Translations under genes and position numbers: made by a program
Notes under the pieces: model-generated
Told to the model about the DNA's origin: nothing
Database searches by the model: none
Seen by the model: the letters and a program-made list of their open reading frames with translations, nothing else
Source: Microthyrium microscopicum
Taxonomy: Eukaryota
NCBI GenBank assembly: GCA_010405405.1
Contig: MU004231.1
Coordinates: forward strand, 484,153 to 548,152
Length of the DNA stretch: 64,000 nt
Reading direction: 5' to 3'
In this document: positions 34,504 through 45,349 of the stretch, one piece after another
Layout of the letters: every line of letters begins with the position of its first letter
How positions within the stretch are numbered: the stretch's first letter is position 1

Positions 34504-35559
34504 TCACCTGCTCTCGTGCAGCTCCGCCGTCTCCACCGCTTTGAGCGCGGAACTCATCTTCTCCATCACCACTTCTCCACCTGCCGGACTACTTGAGAGT
34601 ATGCCCATATCTGGGTGCATGTCTGGGCTTAGCGGGACAGGTGGACTGCGCGCTGTGATGGGTATGCCTTTTACGCTGCTTTGCGCGGACGCTGGCGATG
34701 CTAGTGGGGAGCGGAAAGGTGATGGTGAGCGGTTGCGGATTGGCGAGGCGGGGGAGCGTAGAATGCTGGAGTTGGAGAGATTGCTTGTAGGATGGCTTTC
34801 TGCGTGTTCGCCTTGGACTACGTCGGCGAAGGATATGAAGGATAGTCGGCGGACGTCGCCTGCGTCGATGGTACCGTAGGAGGAGGCGGGTGGGAGGGTT
34901 GCTGAGTCTTCGAGTGCGATGGCGGAGAATTGGTCTGTTGGTGGTGCGTCGAGCTGGTGGAGGGAGAGGGTTGGTGAGAGGGGAGATATTGGGGAGAGTG
35001 GTAAGTCGCTGTGTGAGCTGGCGGCGACGGTGTGATGTTGCGAATGGGTTACGATCTCAACGTCGGCGGGGTCGAGATGGTCGTCTGTGATTGCGATGCT
35101 GCTAGCTTCGAGGACAGCGGGGATGTGGTTGTCTGTCTGGATGTGTGTGGGTATCGAGGAGGAGACGTCGTCCGGGATACGGTCTTCCTGGACATTGCGC
35201 TCGAAGATGAGGGAAGACGCTGGGCTCTGGAGTCGCGGAGACTGGGAGCGATATGGCATGCGTGAGGGCGAGGCTGAGGCTGAGAGCGGGCTTCGTGGTG
35301 AGATTGTGCCATCGAGATCTCGTGGGCCGGAGACTGGCGTCATGGGTAAGTTGGGCGATGTCAGTGGTGGTGACGATGTTCCAAATGCGCCGGTTGACGA
35401 ATGCTCCGAGGCTATCATGGTAGATTCGAGCGATTGCTTGAGATCGTGAGACTCTTCAGCAGTTCCATCTTTCTTCCTTAGCCCAAGAAACCTGCGTCTC
35501 TTATTGTCTGGGACCTGAATAGCTTCCGCCTGGGCAGGCATTGACGTCGGTTCGCTCAT
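34504..35559 (-). CDS. Conserved fungal Ser/Pro-rich protein of unknown function
   Basis: Long ORF with motif-like islands SSLIFERNVQE, HIPAVLEASSIAITD and RRLSFISFADVV. First ATG at 35559; the frame stays open without an ATG up to 35757, so the 5' end is uncertain. Confidence 0.7.
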   Translation of the reverse strand: MSEPTSMPAQAEAIQVPDNKRRRFLGLRKKDGTAEESHDLKQSLESTMIASEHSSTGAFGTSSPPLTSPNLPMTPVSGPRDLDGTISPRSPLSASASPSRMPYRSQSPRLQSPASSLIFERNVQEDRIPDDVSSSIPTHIQTDNHIPAVLEASSIAITDDHLDPADVEIVTHSQHHTVAASSHSDLPLSPISPLSPTLSLHQLDAPPTDQFSAIALEDSATLPPASSYGTIDAGDVRRLSFISFADVVQGEHAESHPTSNLSNSSILRSPASPIRNRSPSPFRSPLASPASAQSSVKGIPITARSPPVPLSPDMHPDMGILSSSPAGGEVVMEKMSSALKAVETAELHESR

Positions 35560-36961
35560 CGGGAGTTGGAACAATTCGAGAGTGGAATAACTCGGAGGTT
35601 GATCTTCTAAGTAATCCTCGAGGATACGAATGCCTTGGTTCCAGATCTCCTGCAGCTGTAAATATCGACCAAGATCTGACGCGGCAGTATTCCCTCCTTT
35701 AAGCTCAGAGTGGGGCAGGTTTTTGGGCTGCGGACGCTCAGTGGATCTTGGGGCAATCTAGACGCCTTGGAGCTTTATTGCTTCTTCATACACCGAGTCT
35801 AGCGGAGGGCGGCGTGTCCGATGCCAGCCGATATGCTCCTACGCTCGTGATCAGAACGCAATAATCTGGAGAGTAGGTTTGTCCAAGGTTCGGGAGATTG
35901 GCAACTTGGCCGTAGGGGCAGTGTGACTTGATTCTGGTGTGATACGACAGGCTCTAGTTCCAGTAAGATAACAAGTCCAGGATACTGAGCTGAAAGGTCA
36001 AATGGGTTTGTGTCGTTGGAGCAAGGAAGTACAGCGAAAAGAAAGGTATAAATCTGGCTTGACATGCAACGAGCTGGGCAGGGCCTGACGCAATGCCTTT
36101 AAATGTCAGGTTACTTGTTGGGCCCATGTAAGCCTATCTTGGTCATTTAAATAGATCCAAGCTTCTCAGATCCAACGGAGCAGATCTATGCCGCCTGCAG
36201 CTTGCTGTCTTACGACTCTTTTATTCGGCGATCCTGGGCGAATCAAGTTGGGTATAACCGCGGTCAGCTCTTCAAGGTGAGATCAATGGCGTACGCACCG
36301 TGGCACCCAACACCTGATGCCATAATTTCTGAAATTGAAGTGACAGGCAGGTCAAAATGTCAGCCTCTTCTTTTTGATTCAAATGCCAAAAGAAATCTTA
36401 CAGCATTTGGTTTATGTTGTATCTATGGACTTTGTCCCACGATCGTATCTTATTGTTGTGATGCGCTGGCGATCGTTGCTATGGAGTCTGCGACAAAGAA
36501 TTCTACGTCGCTAGTAGGACGATGTGTAACTCAAAATACCCCTGGGAGTTGAAACTAATCAAAATAACAGAGCAAGTTCAAAGATATTCTTGATCGTTGA
36601 TGATCATGTTTCATCACAATCGCGAGTGGTATATTGCGCTTCGAACTGGCGAACTAAGACCTTGATATCGAACGTCAGAGAACACAGAGAGAGCCCTCAT
36701 ATCACAATATTTATTCATGGATGTGCTCTACTTTGGGACAAATATTAGTATTAGTAGCTTCTAGTCAGTACCTACTAAAGTCGACTACCTACCGAAGAAA
36801 CAAGTGACTGGCCTTTTCCAACAGCTTCTCTAATTCCCATATATTATGTTCTTTCATCGAGATTTGTTAACATCCCATGAGAGGCGTAAACTCTCAACCC
36901 GATATCGAATACGCTGGGAATCAAAGCATCTTTTTCGTTCTCAAGTGCGATGGGAGACACC

Positions 36962-39089
36962 CTACCTGATAAGAGCGCGCCCTCTGTGCCCTCGATTTTT
37001 GTTGGCCTGTTGACTGCTCATCCTATGGCCCCCAGCCATCTTTATCGTCATATCCAATGAAGAAACCCTTCTACTCTTCCATTCGATCGTCCTCGGAAGG
37101 GCCATTTGAGCTGAGATCCACGCTTCTATAGCTTGCATCGCCTGGTTTTCCATCACGAGACCATCTGAAGCTGCTTTCCATACCGAGAGAATGTGCTCCA
37201 AGGCACTTTTTGCAAGTTCTTGACGAGCTACTAGGCGAGCGCTATTTGACATTGGCATATCACTAATCGAAATCATGTCGTCGACTGCTTTTGTAAGACT
37301 CTTAGCTAATACTCCGGAACTAACCTGGACGTCGAGCATGTTGAACAGTGGAGGTTCTGCCGTTGACGACAATACCAAGCTTTGAGTGGATGGAAATGAG
37401 CTACATTTGATAGCACGCTCGAAGACTAGATTCAGCTGTGCCAACAAGAAGGGCTCGTGAGCAAAGAGAGGTTGAGCTTGAAGAACGAGTGACCAAGTCA
37501 CAATGGCGATCTTAAGCTGCTCTAGGGATAGGACTCGTCGATGGTAATACAAACCGCATCCAAGGTAGTACATAGCTTCTTCGGTAATCTCAGAGAACGG
37601 GACCAGGTCTGGCCAGGTAGCTTGAACATCATTGTGGACTTTCTTAGCATCCTCCGAGAGAATGTGGTCCCAGTGAGGTTCTTCATACCATGGAGAGCTC
37701 GAATTCCGTCCTCGATGGAAGAATGGGCTGTTGAAATTGAATAAAGATTCCGAGAGATCTCCAGAAGGATTGCAGCATGATTTGTCCGATCAAATGCTAT
37801 ATTGGCCAGCAGCGCCGTTATTCGATAAGGAGCACGAACAGGAGGAGCGGCTTCGCTATCATGAAATCCACTTAGTTGTCCAGCCTGAAACTTCTCACGG
37901 CCAACACGAGCGTCGGTAGATAGCGCGGCTTGAATACCTTGGAAGCCGTGTCTCTGCACAGTTTGAGGTTGATGGCGTTTCGTCGGAAGCTGATCTGTTG
38001 ACCAAGGCTGAAGATCTTGAATCACATGCTTTTGGGCAGGCGGAAGATGCCCGCGGATGGTCGGAAGCTGGATTGAAGGCCGAGGTTGGGTGTGTTGGTG
38101 TTCCAAATTGTGATTTGGTAGTGCTTGAAGCCGCTCCCAGTTCATCGGATCATGAGCTGTTTGGGCTTAAATATTCTGGGCAACCTGTGTTCGTACTGAC
38201 TGGGCCCCATCGAGGTTGATGGGAGTCCAAGCAGCTGGGGCGTACTGATCATTCTGAACGGCAGGCTCCTGTATATCCCGAACATGGTCATTGTTAGTAG
38301 AAAATGATGGAGTAATTGAGACCTCCAATGAATTGTTCTCGAAATTTTTCTCAAGATTTCTCTTAGGATTTCTCTCAGGAGTAGAGTGCGCAGTGTTGGC
38401 TAGACTTTGTCCGTAGTAATTTCGCATATGGTAGTGTATTGCTAGATGCCATCTGCTTCGACGATGCTGATGAGAGGTGATTAAGTCGCCAATAACGCCT
38501 TCATCATCAATGTGAGTCTCAGTGAAGGAGCGGTATCGAGGGTGGAAGAAGAGATCTTCTTTCTTGATCATGCAGGTTTCGCAAAGCCGGGTCTAAGGAT
38601 CCGGATTGATCAGAACATAATAAAAGAAGCTACGGTCTTCTCCGGAGAGTCTTGCTTGCAGTGGATCGACAACGACGCGAAGCGCTCTTGGGTCTGTTGG
38701 CAAAAGATTCTGTTCAAATTCCCCCTCTTCGATTCTTCGAATAGACCGACCAGTAATTTTGCGATCTATTGTTTTGGTGATAGTACGATGGACATTATCA
38801 GGCTTCTTTATGGAATTTCTGCTGCGTAAGTATGGGGAGTTCGAGATGCAGACTCCTACCTAAAGAGCCGCATTGTGCTCCCCATGCGCATCGCTAACGA
38901 TCTCCTGATTGATAAACGGGACGGCCGGAGTTGCATGCGCAGCTGTGTCGATGGTAAAACCAGAAACTCCTCCAAAATGACCTCGAATTCTCAGAAAGTG
39001 TGTTGATCAAGGGGCATTTGCGGAAGGTCGTAGGAATCCAATGCGAAATTGTAGCATCTTGAGAGCGTATGGCTCCCGCCTGGGTCCAT
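36962..39089 (-). pseudogene. Probable pseudogene of an unidentified protein with three in-frame nonsense codons, adjacent to the RIP-mutated LINE
   Basis: ATG 39089 with TGA at 38991-38993; putative intron ~38819-38859. One frame then runs through TAG 38593-38595 and TAA 38167-38169 (track ORFs 38167-38571 and 37522-38145 share a frame). A putative intron 37639-37688 joins to ORF 36962-37573. Confidence 0.55.
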
Positions 39090-39171
39090 GGTAGAAGTTT
39101 AGTGTTTAAATGAAGGTGTTGGTGAAAGAAGGATAACTCGTTCGCGAGTGAGGTACGGCATACGGAGTAGA

Positions 39172-39184
39172 TATGAGGCTGATG
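39172..39184 (+). repeat. Left copy of 13-bp target-site duplication TATGAGGCTGATG
   Basis: Identical to 48337-48349; the two copies flank the AT-rich block exactly. Confidence 0.92.
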
Positions 39185-39202
39185 ATGATGATGATGATGA
39201 TG
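39185..39202 (-). repeat. (CAT)6 microsatellite forming the 3' tail of the LINE
   Basis: ATG x6 on the plus strand, directly abutting the left TSD, whose last bases (GATG) continue the repeat phase. Confidence 0.85.
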
Positions 39203-39419
39203 AAATTAGCCATCTAACCCGATTAGGTTTTGGCACGTGTATACTAATGCGTTTAACTGCATATTGCTATTTTATATGACAAATTCAAAGAAAAACTCTA
39301 GCCCCTAATATGCCCTTATCCTAAACTGTCCTAAATTAATAACTCCTAATTAATAACTCTTAAGGACTTATTAAAAACTAAATAATAAAAATAATATTAT
39401 AAAGATATAAATATATATG

Positions 39420-42400
39420 CTACCTATACTTAGCGTAAGCTAGTATAGGCTAGAGACTATTACGCTACTAGTATCTAATATAAGAGTTAATGCTAGCTAG
39501 AATATATTTATTAATAGTACTAAAATATAAGAGTCTAGTACTAATAGAGTTATATTATAATGCTAATATAAGAGTTAGTTATCTACTAGTTTATAGGTAT
39601 TTATGCCTTAATTAATTCTTATAATTAATCTATAAACCTTCTATCTCTTTAGTTCCCCTTATTAATTATAAAGATATAACTATCTTTATCTATAATACTA
39701 TTATAACCTCTTAATTGTCTATGCTTATTTAAAGACTTTTATCTATTTACTAGTTTTTATCTTTATTACTATAAAGGAAAGATAAGTAAGTCCTAGATAA
39801 AGATACCTAAGTATGTAGTTTATTAGGTACTACTTATCTATATAGTGTTTACTATAAGAATAGTTCCTAGTACTAAATTATAAGAAAGTTATCTTCTCTC
39901 TATAATTTATAGTTATCTACCTAAGAGGAAATATCCCCCTAGTTATATAGTTTACTCCTTTAGTTAAATAATAATTAGTATATACTTAAGGTTAAATTAC
40001 GCTACCTCTTTCTTATACTAGGCTTAAAGATTTACCTTCTTAGTTTAATGTTCTTTAGAGGTAGCCTAATTTATCCTATTACGTTATTTTTTTTAGTATA
40101 TCTAAGTAGCGTTTATATATTTAAGATCTTATATACTTAAAGTATTTAAAAAAAATAAAGTAGTAAGCCTAGCTAGTATAGGACTCTTTATTATCTTCTT
40201 ATAACTTTTTACCCTACTTACGCTTACTTATATCTTATAGCGCTATTCTAAGAAAGTAAAATAAGTATAAAGTATATAGTATAGAATCTAATTTAGGAAA
40301 CTATTATAATATTAGTAAGCTAGGCTATTAATCTTACCTATACTTTAGAGATTATAGCGAAGACCTATTTTATTAGTATAAAGCTAGACTAGGATAGTAG
40401 ATAATAAATGCTTATAGTTTTAGTATAAGTTAAGTGCCTGCCTACTAATAATATTATTAATCTTAAAAAGCTTCCTTCCTTAGGTCTCCCTTTTCTAGGT
40501 ACGTTACTAGACGTAAGATAAGCTTTATTAGATAAGGTTGTGGAAGCTAGTGCTAGTTCTAGGGTTTATAGTATGGCTAGTTCTTCTTATATTAAGAGCT
40601 TTTATAGAAGCTTCTTTTGTAAGCTTATCTATAATATCATTACCTTTAATATTAACGTAGAAGAAGATCTAGTATATATATACTAGCCTAAGTACTTTAT
40701 GCCTAGCCTTATGAAAGGCTTTAAGGTATAGCTAAGCGTTTTAGGTATTTAGATTAGTAAGGGTATAGTATACGCCTAGATTATTAATCTAGAGGTATAT
40801 TAACATATAATTGTAAGGATTATTAAGGTTAGTAGCTTAATCTTTTATTACCTTAGTGGCTATGAAAACTTCTGCATTATATATTATATTAGCCCTAAGT
40901 AAGCCTAGATAAAATTTAGCTTAATTAGGGGTCCTAAGCTAGTGATAATTATGCGGCAGTCCCTAAGGATTAATTTAGTAGAAGGCTGCTCTAACTTCGT
41001 CCTTAAATCTAGACTTGTTAGTAAAGTAATATAGGCAATTAGTATTATCCTAAGTTATGAGGAGACAATTAAGTTTAGCATAGGTATATATTCTTTTAAA
41101 GATAAAGCATAGTATACTTTCCTAAGGTTTATAGATAAAAGTATTAAGCTTTAGAAGCTTATTAAGTCTAGTATCCTTATATACTTTTTAGAGTTATTAT
41201 ATAAGGATTTAAAAGGATAACTTATATATTAGTACCCTCTAAGTAGTTCTACGTTAGAGTAGTGTCTTAACTAACTATAGAAGTAAAGAAGATAAATAAC
41301 GTTTTTAGAGGATCTATAGCACTATAAGCTATAAGATTTTAGCTAGCTACTATCTTGCTAGAAGAAGGCTAAGTTTAATATTTAGGGCTAGGCTAGAGGT
41401 ATTAGTCTATATACTACTAATAATTATTATGGCATCTCTCTAAATGTTTTTAAGAGTAGATATCGCCTCTAAGTAATGTCCCTAGACTAAGTAGCTATAA
41501 GTAAAGATTAGTATTGCTATAGCTTTATATATCTATTTAAGGGTATTAATTTCTACGCTATACTTATTAGATCCTATAAAATGCTTAAGTATAGTAAGTA
41601 CGCTATAGGCTCTACCCTTCTTAATTTTAATATACGTAGTAAAGGTAAGCTACTCGTTAAGGTATAGGCCTAGGATCTTAACGATTTTTAAAACCTATTC
41701 GTCCTTAGAGAGGCTAAATTTATTAACTAGTAAAATCTCTACTTTATTATTATATATTAGGGAGAACTCTTTATTCTTAACTCTTATATTATAAGTACTA
41801 GGTTAGTATAGATAGAGTAGAGAAAACTTATCTAGCGCAAAGCAAGATTTATATATATAACTCTAATAGTAGTTATTATTAAGGCATCTTTAGAGTGCTT
41901 CCTAGTAGAAGGCTTTTAGTTTAAAGACTACATAGTTAACGTTATTAATCTAAGCAATTTTGCTTTTACGGCCTAGCTTACCTAGCTAAGTAGCTTCTTT
42001 AGTAGCTAAATTAGCGTTAAAGAAAATATATAGTAGAGGTAATAGTAGTAAGCCTTAAGGGATTCCTACTATAACTTCTTATATACGTAACGTATAATCT
42101 AGGGTTTTAAGCTAAGCCTTGCGCCTACTTAAGAACTTAAAGAACTATCTTACCTAGATTCTTTTAAAGCTATAGTACTTTAGGTTATAGAGAAGCCTAT
42201 AAAAAGATATATAGTTAAATATACTACTTACGTCTAAGAATAGGATCGTTACTAGTTAGTTTTTATTAAATCCTAGGTAAATATATTTTAAGAGATAATA
42301 AATAGCCTTATTAATATATCTTCTCTTTTAGCCTTTAAAGTATATAGGTAGGAGGATATTAAGATATTTATTAAAGGCGTAGTGTATATAAGTAGCTATA

Positions 42401-45294
42401 TAGGACTTAAGTACTTTACTAATAGTATTAAGTAAAGCGATTAGACGATATACCTTAGAGGTTTCTAGAGCTGCCTCTTTCCTACTAGGTTTTATAAGAG
42501 TAATAGTTATATTCTCTTAGAAGTACCTTAAGTAATACCCTTAAAGAAGTAAAGAGTTAAATAGAACGATAAGAGCTTAAAGAAATAGTTTACTATTTAG
42601 GTTAATTAGGCTATTAGCGAAGCTAGTAGCTACTTATAGGGCCTTAGCTACTATTTTATCTAAGCCATATACCTTACCCTTACTTATATTCTTAATAGCT
42701 TACTATATTTTATAATTACTAAAGTTATAGAAGGAAATAAGATCTAGGTAGTCTTCCTCTAACTAAAGGTTAATATTATCTAATTCTATAGCTAGGGGTA
42801 GTAGCTAGAAAGCCTAGCGAAGGATATAATTTTTATCTTTTAGAGTAGTAGCGTAACCCTTCTTATTAAAGAAGCAATTAATCTTAGGGGGTATCTTCTC
42901 CTTTGCTTACACGTTTAGGATATTAAGGAGTCGCTATCCTAAAGCCTAGCTATTAGTTACCTTAATAAGGATAGCTAAGGCTAGGATATCTTTCTAGCTC
43001 TGTTAGGTCTCTTTATTTCTTATAGTAATCTAGTTTTGTCTTACTTTAGTAGCTTCTTCTTAAAGGCTTAGCTCTTAAGGGTTTTACTAGGCTTATTTAG
43101 CTAGGGTGCGCTAGAGTGTTAATTCCTTAGCGCTTTCCTTTAATAGAGCGTGCTTATCTTTCCTTAGATTATAGTCTTTATAAGGTAGTATAGACGCTAT
43201 AGTTATAAAGTATATTACGTTAATAATATAATTAATAAAGGCGTTAATAAATTTAGGGTCTATTAGAGCTCTAGGGATAATAAGGTTATCTTTAATAAAT
43301 TAAGAGAAGACCTTCTCGTTGCACTTCTTCTAGTTTATCTTAGCCTTTTGCTATTTAGATTAAATCCTAAGGTTAAGTATAGTATATAGTAAGACGTAGT
43401 TACTAACCCCTTATAAGGTCTTATCTTCTACGACTTAATAGGTAGAGTTAAGGTATACTAGAGATCTAGAGGCTAAGGATAGATTAATTATACTATTATA
43501 ATAAGTAGATACTATAGTATATCTAGTAATAGTTCCTATAGGGAGAAGGCTAGTAAGATTAATGTCCTTAATAAGGTCTAAGACTCTATTATAGCTATAA
43601 GTAACGCGCCTAAGGCTAGACTAGATTAGATAGTAGGTATTAAAATTTCCTATTAGTAACGTATATCTCCTTATATTACCCTAGATAGAGTAATAAATAT
43701 TACTAAGGACGTCTACTTTTTAAGTAGCGTAGTACGCCTAGTAAATATTACTAAGTAGTAGTGCGCCTTTATTAGTATATATTTTAATAAGATTCTAGTC
43801 CCTTTTGCTAACTTATATTTCCTAGTCGTATAGTAGGATGCTCTAGTTAATATATATAGCTATTTAACCTCCTTCTTTATTGTTAGAGAAGATTAAATAG
43901 TAGCCTATAATATTTAGGCTTATAAGGGTATTTTCTATAGTATTAATTTATAGTTTCTAGACTACTATTATATCATATAGTTATACTAATATAGTAGTAA
44001 CCTATATTAATAAGTTTTTATAGTTAGTATATAACTTATTAGTATTAAATTATAGGATATTAAGGATATAAGAGTAGCCTTTTATTTCTATTATTTCTAA
44101 GAGTAGTAACCCTAGAAAGGGTAAGAATTATATGCTATTATGAAATATAGGCTTAGTCTAGTTAAGATCCGTCTCTTAATTAGAGCTATTATCTTCTTCC
44201 TTATTATTAGCGTCTATTTAGTTAGGCATATTGTCGTTAGAGTAATTAGAGCTTAATTCTCTGCTTAAACTTTCTAAGTTAGATTCGCTTTTAGAGTTGC
44301 TTTTAGATTTGCTATCTAAGTCGTCCTTTAAGTCTAGGATGTATCTACTATATATATAAAGTCTTACCTAAGTACTATCTAGGTTGTTAACTTACCTATC
44401 TACTATATTAATAAAGCTATTAGGATTACGTAGGCACTATTCTTCTTAGGTCGTTATAAAGTAAAAGATAAAAGGTTTATTCTAAGTGTTACTTCTTAGG
44501 TTAATATTAGGTTATATTACTAGAGTACCTTATTAAGGTATTGCCTAGTCCCTTACTAGCTACTCTATATATCTTATTTAGTATATATAGCATTGCTATA
44601 TAAATAATGGTTGCTAATTAATCTTATTATCTAAGTTACTATCTAGTACTTTAACCTAATAGCCTCTTAATTATTTATAGAATTAGTATCTTAAGTCTTA
44701 TATATAATTCCTATACTATAGTTTTCTTTACTTTTATAGGGTAATTTCCTTATTAGTTAAGTAGCTATTAGAGTAGTCCCTATCTTTGCTGCTTAATTAT
44801 AAAGTAACTAAAGTTATAGGAGTTATAGAGGTATCTAGCCTTATTAGTATAGCGAATCTATAAAACCTTTAAAGTAGGTCTCTATCCTTATTATTCAACT
44901 TTGTAATCCTAGCATATTTAGAGGCAGTAAGTAGTTTTATAAGTAAGTTAGTAAGGGCCCTATCTAGTTATCTACTTAGCCCTATCTAAATATAGGCGTT
45001 AACTAAGGCTCTTAGTAATAGTAAGCCTAGTAATAAAGACCTCGTCGTTACTAAGTTAGGTTAGGAAGTGTTTTAGCTTAGCTAATTAGACGTATCCTAA
45101 TTACTATCGCTTAAGTTAACTAGTAAAGCGGAACTTAACTTTAGCGAAGAGGGTAATTAGACATGGAACGCCTATCCTAGCCTATTATTTAGAACTATAT
45201 TAAAAGCCTTCTTAAGGCCTTCTAGTCTTAGTATAAGTAGGCTAGCTAAGTAAGGGTAGACCCTCTAGATTTTAATTTATAAGAGAGTTGCCAT
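39420..45294 (-). pseudogene. RIP-destroyed LINE ORF2 (APE endonuclease - reverse transcriptase - RNase H - CCHC); both ends approximate
   Basis: All motifs lie in one frame: LNIL*FN (44064), YDIIVV*KL*IN (=DIIAVQEPWIN), GNFNTYYLI* (43650, =GDFNAHHPxW), SNY (43404, =SDH), YRLIALLNTISK (42450, =YRPIALLNTxGK), LDVSSIFN, GIP*GLLLLPLLY (42066, =GIPQGSPLSPLLY), IA*INN (41958, =WIDD), YFTNKS (41028, =YTDGS), KGNDIIDKL (~40640) and a CCHC remnant at ~40260-40320. Confidence 0.88.
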
Positions 45295-45349
45295 AGTGTA
45301 GACTTCTTTACTCTATACTTAGTTAGCTTATTAGTTAAAGGCTACGATA

